NCBI RefSeq assembly: GCF_003704095.1
Contig: NW_020847100.1
Coordinates: 1 to 64,000, forward strand
DNA: 64,000 nt
Direction of reading: 5' to 3'
Origin: Pocillopora damicornis
Lineage: Eukaryota
Shown: in pieces, positions 1 to 12,660 of the stretch
How positions within the stretch are numbered: the first letter of the stretch is position 1
Layout: each line of letters begins with the position of its first letter
Made by a program: the position numbers and the translations under genes
Notes under the pieces: generated by a model
Seen by the model: the letters and a program-made list of their open reading frames with translations, nothing else
The model's database searches: none
What the model was told of the DNA's origin: nothing

Positions 1-1706
1 AACCTCTTTTAACCGAATAACAGATACAGGTGCTTAACGGTAACTATAATTGAGAAGAACCACTCCTCATCAGAAATGAATAATGCTTAAGCTCACCTTG
101 CGATGAGACAGAAACAGATATCAAGAAGCACCAAAGTCACAGAACATATATAGGAATCGAATTCTTCATGACGCAGATCGCTTTGTGAGACCGACTTTTA
201 CGAAAGATGCGCAACTTAGTCGAATAAGTTTTATTTAATTTTCTCCTTATGGTAAAAACTTCCAGACTTCTTTTAACCAATGAGACCTGGATGTTACTTT
301 ATCGTGTTCTGTTTTAGTTTGATATCGATCTTTATTCATTTACCAACAGGTTTTCAATTCATTGAGAGAAAAAGGATCATTTCATCTCACTTTACTAAGT
401 TTCTCGATGATTGCTATCACTAACAGCTGTAAGTAGGACGTAATTCTTTCATTTCAGCTCACATCGGCGAAAAGAAACAAACAAAAAGGGTCATATAATC
501 AGACCTTTTCTGAATGGTAACTTAAGAGAGATATTGGCGGTGTAATATTTCTTAGTTTTAGTGACAGAAACACGAATCCGCGAACATTATTAAGAGTCGT
601 CATAGTTCCCCGTAAAAATTGCATCGACCGCGTAAGAAGGAAAGTTAACTGTGAACTAACAGAAATAATTCTCGCCCTACGCTTCCACTTGGTAGTATAA
701 AATTGATTGGTCAGTTTTGAAGTGGTTGGCATTTGCTACGTCCCAGTCAGCAATGTGATTCGAACCACGTTTTTCTAAAGACTGATACTGAGACTGAAAC
801 TCTTTGCATTGGACTTACTAATTGCATCAACTACATTTGTAAAGGTGGATCACTTCTAGATCAGACTTTCCTAAACAGATGTCTTCAACCACCGCAATCG
901 TATGAAAATCTTACTCACGACTTTTAAATTATAAAAGAGCCAAGCAGAACGACCTGACTGTACCTAAAGAAAATAGGGGAAAATTGAAAATTATCAATCA
1001 CGACTGCCTTACGCACTTTAAAGTCCTACAACCCATGAAATTGCGACAGAACAGGCCAATCCGTTCACGTGAACCCGATTTTTACGGATCAAGCACAATC
1101 AAATCGAACTCAGCTTCTGCTCAAAAATATTTGAGCAGAAATGCCTTCAATTTTGTAGCTCGCTTAAGTGTTTTGAGGCCAAGCACTTAAGATGGTAAAA
1201 CTGATTTTTTTTTCAAGACATGGAACGTTCAGTGATTGGCTCAACGCAACAGATGAATAATGGCAAGGCTGAGTTCTTTTTGGAAACCAATAAACGTTAG
1301 TAGATCAAAAAGGATCGAATAGATGCTAAGTTTATGCAGAAGATCTAAACGATGTTTTGAGTGGTTTTTGTGGTTATTTCTGACCAGAACTGATATTAAT
1401 CACTGTGGATATGTTCTCGCCCTTAGCTTTTCCACTTGTATCTTCTCTCCTCGTTACAAAATTTAAATTTGTTTTGAGTGATTCAATTGAATTACGCTCT
1501 TCAAGTGCAATCTCAGAAAAAGACAACTTTGTTCTGAAATTAGAAACTGGAAATCACCTTTGATAAAGTCCTCAACAAAAAATACTGCATCAGTTTGATC
1601 TTGATGTTTTATTAGTTCTTACCCCTTAAGCTACATATACTTTTTAAGGTCTATATGGGTGTGGCTCGAGGTCCATCAGCTTAGGGACGGTTTATTGTCA
1701 CCCTTG

Positions 1707-2412
1707 TCACTGCACCAAAATGTATCCCATGGTTTTGATGTGTTTCCCTCCATTATCTGAAGATGGGCCATTAGCTGCCTCGTTTCCACACGTGTTGGTG
1801 TCATCATGATATCCTCCCGTACCAAAACCAATTCTAGAATCAGGGGTTACGCAGTCTCCCTCATTATTCCCAAGGAAACCAATCCTTGCTCTGGAAGAGC
1901 CGTTATCACTACCCATAGTATTGAACCCTTCTTTGTTGCAGTTATGCTGCAAGGACGCCGGCGAACCAATAAGCGTCTTCCACGTGTTACGACCCAGTGA
2001 GGTTGCGCGGTATTTTCCATCAGCGAGGAGTGCGTACAGTGAGTTGGCTTGCCTGTTGATGACAATGAACCTGGGCTGATGAAAAATCTTCATACCGAGG
2101 CAGATCTTGGAGAAGGATGTGTTCCAGTAGGTCGGTNNNNNNNNNNNNNNNNNNNNNNNNNNNNNNNNNNNNNNNNNNNNNNNNNNNNNNNNNNNNNNNN
2201 NNNNNNNNNNNNNNNNNNNNNNNNNNNNNNNNNNNNATCGAAAATGTACCTGAAGGCTTTCGAGGCAAAGCGTCCTTAACCAGCGCAATAAGATTGTCCA
2301 CTTTCGTTTCAAGCGTCTTAATGGCGGAACATGAATGTTGTCTGGCGTCGCTTAAAACAGGGAACACCGCAAGGATATTTGCGATGAAATGAACTGCAAA
2401 CAGCAAGCGCAT
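1707..2412 (-). CDS. Secreted fibrinogen-related / skeletal organic matrix protein 5 (USOMP5)-like, copy 1; middle exons hidden in an N-gap
   Basis: ATG at 2412 starts a signal peptide ([21 protein letters not shown]). The C-terminal domain [16 protein letters not shown]...SRIGFGTGG...MGYILVQ* ends at 1707. It is a clear paralog of 5866-7067. The gap at 2137-2236 replaces exons 2-3. Confidence 0.8.
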
Positions 2413-5400
2413 TTTGAGAATTGATTGACCTTGGAAAATATTTTCTGTACTGCTCAACCTGTGAATAACTGATTATGATGATTTTGCTTCGTTATTGTTA
2501 GTTATCATCGTCAAACACAACTCGTATTTTCTTGCTCGCATTCAGCGACATCTAATAGACAGGTTCCAAGTTGAAGATTATTTTTAACTTAATTCACTGT
2601 GCTTTGAAATAGACTTTGAAAATCTGCTAACAATATAGCTGTCTTTCTGATGAAAAATCGTTGAACGGCCGATTTGTGAGCGGTGATAATGCAATTTAAT
2701 AAATTCAAACTAATTTTCTGTTTATCTTAACGAATTGACTACACGATTTTTGCATGCATGCATACCACATATTCAACGAAGACACTGATTGTTTTGTCTT
2801 TGGTCCATATATTTTGATATAAATTAGTAAAACGGTAAAGACGGTGATGGGCTTATCGAGGGCTGTGCTTTTGGCAACCGGAATGTTACATTCACTAGTT
2901 TCGCATTTTCCCGGTCAATGAATAAAGTGAGATATTGCCAGTTAACGGAGTCGTGTATAGACATAAAGTGGGTAGGTTTCCAGGGATGTTGGAGTTTTGC
3001 GTCGGTGGGATATTACACGATAGTTTGGTTCTTTCAGCTAAGTTAATAATCTAATTTGGCAACTGTAAACATCATCTAAAGTTAATATTTCGATTGTTAG
3101 CCCTTGTTCAGAGCGAAAGCTCGAAAGCTCTGATCAAGGGCTACGCTCGAACATTATCAACTCAGTAAACAAAACCAAATTATCTCGTATAAATTAAAGC
3201 TTTACACAAAATCAAAAAGATATCAGATCACGCTGTGTTGATATTCTGCCTTGGTTCAACACAAAACATTTGTTGGGCTAATACAGATTTAAAACGGAAA
3301 ACTGAAACTTTAATTCCGGGACCAACTTGAGGACCAGCTTCAACCCTCTCAGTCCTTATAAACTTAATTTACAAATGTTGATAATACAATCTCCTTCCCT
3401 GAAAATTAAATCTGTTCAAGATTAGGCCAAAGTACAGAAAGAACACGTAAACAGTTTCTCTGAATTCATTAAGTGAAATGTCAATCAAATAAGTGTTTCC
3501 TTCTTGAAACCGATTGAAAGTGTCTCCAAAGTGTTTCAGAGTAAATTCAGTTTACATCCGATTTTGCTAATTGAGTGGTCTCCTTTTCGCGTATCTGGAG
3601 GTTTCGCCCCACTACTACCGGTAACTTTCCGAGTTCAGGCAGACCTTGGAATTTGCTGCAAACAGCATAAATTATAATAGTGTCAAAGCAGATAAAGATC
3701 AGAATTATGTAGCGGCCTAGCATCATCATCCTGTTTCAGGCGTTCTGTCAGGAAAACGAAGTGCTATACTAAATCACCCTTCAGTGGTGGAGGAGTGAAA
3801 AAAATACGAGGGAGATTTTGGATCGAGTGCGTAATGACCCGACCCAAGCTTCCCTCGCTCCTATAGCGCCGTTTGCCATTTCGCTCGGTTTTACTGACTA
3901 AAGGCCTGGAACTGGCTAAGTATGACTCATGCGGTAGTCGTGCGTCATGTAACACGTCTAAGAATTTGCAGGCACATCAACACTTTGATTGAGATTACTC
4001 AATTGTGAATAAATTATTTCAAATATGTTAATTTTACAGTTAAATACGGTTAAACCAGCAAGAATAAAGTTGTTGTAGAAGTATAAATTCTGATTAATCA
4101 TATTGTGAAAACTGGAACACTGCATGAAAACTTTCCGCATCATCATCATTATCATTTCGGTTTTAATCGCTGTTAAATTAAATAAATGTTGCAAAAGAGA
4201 GCTTAAACGGTTCAATCATTTCAAAGCCATTTTACTTACAAAATTTATTTTGTGGTCAGCACCCCGCGTTTATTAAACCCTCTGTGATCCAAAGGCTGCA
4301 TCAAGCCAACACTTTCAGAGGTTTTATTATACATTCGATTGCAGTCGTGATCAAAAGAGCAGATCGATAAGATCAAGTGAAAATCAAAACAAAGAAATGG
4401 AAGAAAACTATCGTTATCTCTCACAACTCCGTCACCTAGGTTCCAGTGAAATCCTATCGAATTGTCGGAGTCGTAACCGGGAGACTGTTAGGAAGGGCCT
4501 GAGAACTGCCATTGAAGTTTACCCCAGAAAGGAAAGAAAAGAAAGAGTAATAGTTTTCAATCATCCTTTCATGATATATCGATTGATGAATTGAAAATTT
4601 TCCAGATGAGTTTGTTCATTTAATTGCTACAGTTCCCAAAAGACTGAAGAAAGGCAAAAAATGGTTGTACGGGATCTAATAGGTTGTGATAGATAAAATT
4701 ACCATCCTTTTGAAACAACATCACGAAATTGCCAAATTTGGTGGCCTGCCGAAGATAAGGATACCAATGGCTAACTCTCATCATGCTAGTTCTATGACGA
4801 AATAGTGCAATTTTGGATTTTCGTTTCCTTTTTTTTCAGTACACGTGTGCGTCTGCGAAAAGAGACAACTGACACCATCTCATGAACAGTTTGGCTTAAT
4901 AGTGGTGTTGGTGTAACTTTTGTTTCCCTAGAATCATAAAATCCAAAAATCGCGAGCTAAACGTGTAATTAAAGACAGAAAAAGGTAGTTTTGTGTGGCA
5001 CTCTTCTTCATCGTCTTTTTAAAATGTCCGTTACTTCCTGATTTTATCTCTTCCTATCTGAATTTTAAACCAATCAGAACCAATTTACGCGGCTCAAGTA
5101 GAAAAGCCAATGACATCACAAGATGAGATACTACTGATCTTTTTAAGTCAATATTTCGAATTTAACGTAGGATATCTGACATTTTGGTGAGGGAAGTCAT
5201 GACCTCGGGAAATAATCCGGAAAGAAATCTGTTCGAATGGTGAGCTAATAATCATCTTATTAATATGTACATTCATATTTAACTTACAGACTGACCTCTC
5301 AAATGGTACACAAAAATTTGGTCATTCTGGTGAAAGCGAGAAAGATAAGAAATACTTTGGGAGGGTATTGCTTTTGCATTCTGTTAGTTCTCATATCTGA

Positions 5401-8400
5401 GCTTATTATTTTCTATAAAAATCGTTAACGCCCGTGGGCTGCTGGTGACTTTGTAGAACTGGCGTCATTTTTTAAGTTTTTCACTCGAGCAGAAAGATGC
5501 GTGAGGTGAGCGTAAGGAGTAACGCGCGAAAGAAAAAAAAAACATGAAGGAAGTCACATTTTCCGAGCTTCTTCTTTTCTGTTACACTTCCTTGATTCGC
5601 TCACACTCAACGACGTGGACGTATCATAACATCGAATATGGCGTCTTTGCCAATATTTACTTCGTAAACAATTCCTGAATTGGCTTTGCTAAAATGAATT
5701 CCTCTGAATTTCATTGAAAAAAATTATACTAGAGACAAGCTAACCAGAGAAGAATATAAGGTTAAACTCATTGCTTTATTAGCCTTTCAGGTTTTAGGAC
5801 ACGACATTTTCTTCTTCATGATGGCTTCTCGGCTTAAAATTTGGGAGGTTAAACTGTGTCCCCTATTACTGTACTAGGATGTACCCCATGGCTTTGATGT
5901 GCTTGTGTCCATTATCAGGGGAGTATGTTGCCTGATTTCCACATGTGTTTGAGTCATCATGATTACCCCCTGTGCCAAAACCAATTCGGGAGTCACAGGA
6001 ATCACAGTTATTCTCCTGGTTAGCAATGATGCCGATTCTTGCTTTGGAATGACGAGGGTCGCCTCCCACTGCATTGAATCCTTCCTTATTGCAGCGGGTC
6101 TGCAATGAGGCCTGCGAACCAATCAATGTCTTCCACTTGTTACGACCCAGTGAGGTGGCGCGATATTTCCCATCAGCGATCAGTGAGTACAGTGAGTTGG
6201 CGTGCCTGTTGATGACAATGAACCTGAGCTGATGACCAATCTTCATACCGAGGCAGATCTTGGAGAAGGATGTGCTCCAGTAGGTTGGTAACTTGGTCTC
6301 TTGTGAGTCAAAGCCAGTCCTGCCTCCAAAAAAGTTATAGGCATTTCTGTTCCTCCAGAAATTGGAATCGTAATGGAAGGTTCTCTAAAAAAAAAGAATT
6401 ACATTTTTGATTTGCCCTTGTGAATTTCAGTAATAACGAGAGGTTCTTAAAGGAGGGAGGGAGTTAACCTTCGCGCCATTGATCTTCATGGCTAGTGTCC
6501 ATCCTCCATGCCCACATCCAAAGTTTCCCATGTGACAGTAAACAGGGATCTTTTGTGAACCAAACATCAGCGGGTATACTTGGCTTCGTCTCGATCTTAT
6601 GTAAAAAGAGGAAGTAAAAAAATTTAGTCAGCTTGTACGCAAACGCAGAGTCCTCATATCTACCGCAATGGAATGTGTATACGCATCAAGCAAGTGATTT
6701 GGAATCTTGCAATTATAACAGATTGCTTTGTACTTACCTTCCTATGTGGTACTGTTCCTTGCAAGAGGAGAAGGGACCGGCTGTGAGAGAAATAAGATCG
6801 CCATTTTAAGATCTGAGCGTGTTGAGAAATCATGAAAACATTAAACGCCGTATCCCAAAATATCATCGGAAAAGTACCTGTAGGCTTCGAAGGCAAAGCG
6901 TCCTTTACCATTGCAATAAGATTGTTCACTTTTGTTCCAAGCGTCCTAATGGCTTTGGTGATCTCACCGCAGTGATTAGCGGTACATGACTGTTGCCTGG
7001 CGTCGCTTAAAACAGCGAACGGCGCAAGGACACTTGCGATGAAATAAACTGCAAACAGCAAGCGCATCTTAAGAATAAATTGACTTTGGAAAATATTTTC
7101 TGTGTTGCTCAGCCTCTGAATTACCGATTATGATGATTTTGCCACGTTATTGTAAGTTATCATCGTCAAACACAACTCGTATTTTCTTGCTCGCACTGAG
7201 CGACATCCAATAGACAAGTTCCAAGTTTAAGATTATTTTTAATTTTATTCACTGCGCAGTGTCTTGTGAAGAAATCATCATGGACTTTGAAGATCTGCTC
7301 ACAATATAGCTGTCATTCTGATGAAAAATAGTTGGACGGCCGACTTGTGAGCAGTGATACTGCGATTTAATAAATTCAAATCACTTTTATGTTTATATTT
7401 TCGAACTATTTTTGCATGCATGCATGCCCACATATTCAACTAAGACCCTGATTGTTTTGTCTTTGGTCCATATATTTTGATATAAACGAGTAAAGCGGTG
7501 AAGACGGCGATGGGCTTATCGAGAGCAGTGATTTTGGCAACCGGAACGTTACATCCACTAGTTTCGCATTTTCACGGCCAATTAATAAAGCGAGATATTA
7601 CCAGTTCAACGGAGTCGTATAAAGACATAAAGTGGGTAGGTTTCCGGGGATACTAGGGTTTTGCGTCGGTGGGGTGTTGGTTCATTCAACTGAGTTGATA
7701 ATCTAAATTTGTAATTGTAAAGACCATCCATAGCTGATATTTTGATCGTTAGCCCTTTGTCAGAGCGAAAGCTCTGATCAAGGGCTACGCTCGAACATTA
7801 TCAACTCAGTAAACAAAACCAAATTATCTCGTATAAATTAAAGCTTTACACATAAAGTCAACAAGATGTCAGATCTCGCTATGTCGCCATTGTGTCTTGG
7901 TTCAACACAAAACATTTGTTGGGCTGATACAGAATTAAAACGTAAAACTGAAACCTTTATTCCGGGACTAACTTGAGGAACAGCTTCAACCCTTAACTCT
8001 TCATAAACATAATTTTTACTGACTGAAGGCCTGGAACTAGCTAAGCATGACTCGTGCTCTAACGAAGGGCTGACGCTTCCCCTTTACGGTGGCCAATTTA
8101 CGTTTTCAACTCAGTCGTTAACACTAAATTACCTGCTATACTCTCCTACAGACACAGCACTACAGTTTCTTTAGAAACTTATCCCCTTTAAGAATTTGCA
8201 GGTTGATCAACACTTTAATCAAGATTACTCCATTGTAATTTAATTATTTCAAATATGTTTATTTTACAGTTAAATATGGTTCAATCAACAAGAATAAAAT
8301 TGTTATACATGTATAAATACTGATGAATCATATTGTGAAAACTGGAACACTGCATCAAAACCTTCCTCATCATCATCATTTTGATTTAAATTGCTGTTAA

Positions 8401-8475
8401 ATCAAATAAATGTTGCAAAAGAGAGCTTAAACGGTTTAATTATTTCAAAGCCATTTTACTCACAAAATCTATTTT
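1960..8475. repeat. Tandem segmental duplication, unit about 4.2 kb
   Basis: 2240-3360 matches 6865-8010, 3890-3935 matches 8015-8055, and 3958-4250 matches 8188-8475. The matches include non-coding upstream DNA. Confidence 0.9.
5866..7067 (-). CDS. Secreted fibrinogen-related / USOMP5-like protein, copy 2 (4 exons)
   Basis: Exons 7067-6878, 6780-6738, 6595-6469 and 6384-5866 splice in frame with GT-AG. Product: signal peptide, short coiled-coil-like segment, [27 protein letters not shown] (FReD-like N-terminal motif), then TFHYDS..W...[15 protein letters not shown]...GYILVQ*. Confidence 0.88.
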
Positions 8476-8980
8476 CATAGGTGGTGGTTGATTGACAATT
8501 ATTGTTCACTCACTGCAGTATAAAAACGTACTAGCTCAATAACAAGTGTTCTCTTGTACCTAACACATCATGGAATATTAGCCAGAATTCTTGGTATGTG
8601 CTATTGTGCTTCTGCTAACAAGCAATAGGTTAGCTTAAAAGATTCTTTAGTCTTAACCAAACTGTTCCTGTTGATAAAGGCTGGCAAGAATCACTGACTT
8701 CCACTTTATTAACCTCCTGAGATTTCCATGCATATAATTTAATGCATAACCTTGACAACCCTGGGTAAACTTTGATGGACTGAGAAAGCTTCCAGTTTGT
8801 CAAAAACTCTGCATCACTAAAACTTCTTTCCAAAAGAATTGTAGTGGAAAAAAATTTACATCCAGTGTAGCCATTATAAAATTGTACAGTCAAGCTGGAC
8901 TTTGATCTGCTCTAGATTTTAGTGAAGGTGGATTTTCTGAAAATAGGTAAATTATGGAGAAGGACCCAAGAGGAACTTAA

Positions 8981-10446
8981 TCACTCTTCATCACTGGAAT
9001 GTGAAAGCAAATTCAACTCATCCATGTTAACATGTCCTGGAGCCTGCAAAGACATATAATGAAAAAGACACTTAAGGTACATTTACACAAATGTTTCACC
9101 TTACACAGATTCTTGATTCTCCTTTCTGGAAATGATAAACTAAACCATACCCAAAGAGACAGATTAATTTGAGATGGTAACAGCTTGCATGCTTAATCTC
9201 CACAATAATAAATCATTTATACCATAAACACTCCGAAATAATTCAGGTGTAAGTGTTTTCTTCTATTTAAAGTCCCACAAAACAGCCATAACTGGTTATG
9301 TTTTCTTTACCTATTACAGACACTCTCTAGGAGGAAAGTTCCTCTAACCTCACAGACAAACTCTGGGATTCCACATTCAGCCAACTCTATTTTAAGACAC
9401 TAATGCTGTGCCAATACTCTAACTTTCAAAGTGAGCTCAAAATGCTTTGAAAAATATTTCACAGCTTCTTCCCTTCTCTGAATCAGAGGATAGTCAATCA
9501 CAGGTTACAGGCACCTCTCAACCAATCATTGATTCAAGACAGCACTAATTTAAAACAGCTTCTTGTGAAAACACCACGCAAGTGACAAGGAATGAAGGAT
9601 TCCGTGTTGAAATGCTCTAAAGACACCTTGCAGAAAAATGTTCAGGCTAAGATGAAACATTATGGCCACACCTCAACCAACTTTGAAAGGCTAGCCCAGG
9701 ACAGGACAGGGTGGAGAAGAGAGATCATTGATGGTCTTTGCTCTAGGTGGAGCTATGGACATAGCCATTTAACATTTTGAAACCTATTAAAAACTTAAGT
9801 TTGGAAATGAATTACCTTTCCAAAGTAGCGCACTTTCTTTAGCTTTCGTCGACGGCAACATCTGCACAGCACAACCAGGAATGCAATGAGCAGTGCTGCA
9901 CAGGCTCCTGCACCAATTGGGGTGAGCACATTAACATAGAAAAATTGCACACTCTGTAAAGAAATTATTGAAAATGATTAGTGAATTTAAGAAGCTACTT
10001 AAGAAATTATATCAAGCTAGCTTAAGAGGAAAAAGAAATTAATTATTAACTATTAATATTGGCTAAGGTAATTAATTATTCAATTACCATAAATACTGAA
10101 TATTAAATAGAAATTATCACTGGTAATACCTTTTCATCATCCAAAGGAGATGGCACTGAAAGAGAAAATAACATAAACATTTTATCGATGATTAAGAAAA
10201 AAACAAATTAGAGGGAATAAAGTAATAAGCAACATTAAAAAAGGCAGATGACAACTGTATTGAAACGTCACCACTGAGTCTGTGCCAAAATATAATTGCA
10301 GAAACATAGTACATGCACTCTCGTTAATGCAACTGACTCATGTTAAAGTATAAAAGTGATCAAATTAGTTCTATAAAGGACTGACTAAAATACTGAACAA
10401 ACTATCAACATTTTATTACCACAATTGACATTACTGTACATTAAAT

Positions 10447-10482
<36 letters not shown>

Positions 10483-12660
10483 ATCAATGGGAGAGTATAG
10501 CAGGTAATTTAGTGTTATATAGCTGACGTTTCAAGTGTTAGCCCTTCATCTTGAAATGTTGAAACTTCAGCTTTTTTTACCCTTTATGGTTTCATTTATG
10601 TTTTCAACTCAGTTGAAATTACCTGCTATTACTGTACATTGATTTACAAAACAACTAAGTTCATTATTTCAACTGCTCTTGTTACTGTGAATATTACCAT
10701 TACAAATATTATAAATACTATTGTTATTGTTGTCATTTCTATTATTTATTATCATCTCCACCATTTCAATCATTCTTACAAGTTATATCTGTTTGAATTT
10801 CTTCCCTTTTAAATGGTTTAGTTTAAATGTATTTGGACAGCTAACATTGCTTAAAAATTCATTCATACCAATTACATGGACATGCTGTTGTGGTAGCAAC
10901 CAAAAAACTTTGGCCACATATTTAGTGAATCAGACTTCTTGTGAATTGCTACAACCCTTCTGTTAGGGCTAACATTTCAGTAGCAATATGCACAGTTTTT
11001 CACTCAAGGGTGGAAATGTAACATATATATTCCTGCATGCAGTGCTTGTTTGCAATGAATTCAACTTTTATACCTTGTTAGTGTTTGTGTGGTTATCACA
11101 ACTTAAGTAAACCTCCGAGAGACCAAAGGCTAAAAACGTCTCCAAAACCACATCTTGCTATCTTCCTACTCCTCCACTTGACTATTTTTTACTGATATTG
11201 ACACTAATATCATTGATATCTGCATTCTGTAGAAAATGCAGTGCAACTCAATATCACAACGAAAATTGTTTGCTTCTACTGTAGATTTCCATTGTAAATG
11301 TACTGCATAAACCCGGACTTAATGTAAAATGAGTTGCAGGTGTCTGCAAAGCTGTCATACAAATTAACATAACTTTTAACCATCATATTTGACAGTCGTT
11401 ATTTTAGGTAATTCTCCTGTTGTCGTCAATTTTGAAAGATCTGGTGTTCCTGAAACGTTTTCTCATTTAACAACCTCTGAATTAAAAAAAGGAAATTAAA
11501 AACTTACACGAATGCTGTTGATCATCTTTCGAAGAAGTTGTTCTTTGCAAGGATTCTTGTGTTGTCGTAGTAGTCTGGACTGTTTTCACTGTTTCCTTGG
11601 TTGTGGTGGTCTGAGTTGTGCTTTCTTTTGTGGTAGTTTCCTTAGCGCTTGGAGGAGACGAGGCTTCCTGAGTGGTGATAGAAGCTGTCGATCTCTCGGT
11701 CGTTGTCTCCTCGGCTGTAGTACTTGGAGTAGTCGATTTTTCGGTAGTTGTCTCTTTCGCTGTAGTGCTTGGAGTAGTTGATTTTTCGGTAGTTGTCTCC
11801 TTCGCTGTGGTACTTGGAGTAGTTGATTTTTCGGTAGTTGTCTCTTCCGCTTTAGTTACCGTAGTTGTCGATTGCTGAGTTGCTGTACTCGACATTTCGT
11901 TGCCTTCTTGTGCCTTAGTTGTCGGAGATTCCGTTGCGTTTGAGATTGCACCCTCCAAATTTGTTGTAGTTGGTGCAGCAACGGTAGCATTAGCGGAAGC
12001 GTTAACAGAGATCGAGCTTGAAGTTGTGGTGACATTCCCTTCTGTGGCGTTTTGCGAAGAGGTGCCATTAACTAGCGATCCATTTGTTAAAGTCCCATTT
12101 GGAGTTTGAATCGATGGCGTCGCTGTAGTGGCGTTAATCGAGGATGTTATATTTTCGATAGTGCGATTTCCAGAATTAATTGTGTTGTTTGATGTGATGG
12201 AAGATTTTGTTGCATTAGAAACCAGATCATCGATAAAGGAACTATTTATGACACTTCCATTTCTGCAAACAAGCGATAAATTACCAGTTTTAGCAATCTC
12301 ACAGTGTTTTGTGAGATTTAACGCTGTCCCGTTGCATGGTAAGAGACGCTGAGTTCTATTTGACCCGCATACATTTGTCAAATTAACTTGGACATAGACC
12401 ACAGTTCCGTTGCCCTGCAAAGTAGAATTCTGCGTCGTGCAGTTGGAAATTGTGGCATTACACGTAGTCGTCGAGTTAGCAGCTGTTGAATTCTGCAGCG
12501 AAGAATTATTATTTCTAGATGTGGTGTTAACAGATGAAAAATTCCCTGTATTATTGGTTCCATTCAAAGGAACAGCGTTCGTGTGCGAAGTCCACAGAGA
12601 AATCAGAACTGTAACTGCCGCTGAAATGGCCAACACGTAGTGTCCGTAGTTCTTGTACAT
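8981..12660 (-). CDS. Type I single-pass mucin-like glycoprotein (N-glycan-rich, Thr/Ser-rich ectodomain; TM; short acidic tail)
   Basis: Exons 12660-11508, 10155-10130, 9953-9816 and 9043-8981 are in frame. Signal peptide, about 30 N-x-S/T sequons, Thr-rich repeats, TM VLTPIGAGACAALLIAFLVVL, stop-transfer CRCCRRRKLKK, tail APGHVNMDELNLLSHSSDEE*. Confidence 0.85.
9640..9760 (+). mobile_element. 3' remnant of an RTE-clade LINE in the mucin intron
   Basis: The translation ...FERLAQDRTGWRREIIDGLCSR resembles the C-terminus of RTE-type RT ORFs (AQDRxxWRxxVxGLCS). Confidence 0.6.
11690..11860 (-). repeat. Coding 45-bp tandem repeat (about 3.5-4 copies of AKETTTEKSTTPSTT)
   Basis: The repeat is directly visible in the DNA and in the ORF translation. 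Confidence 0.9.

Noticed and set aside
90-240. Minus-strand donor (AG|GTGAGC) after a hydrophobic-looking frame
   Set aside because: No in-frame ATG or recognisable homology was found, so an exon cannot be supported.
11512-12640. Several plus-strand ORFs opposite the mucin exon
   Set aside because: These are antisense shadows of low-complexity Thr/Ser/Asn codons.
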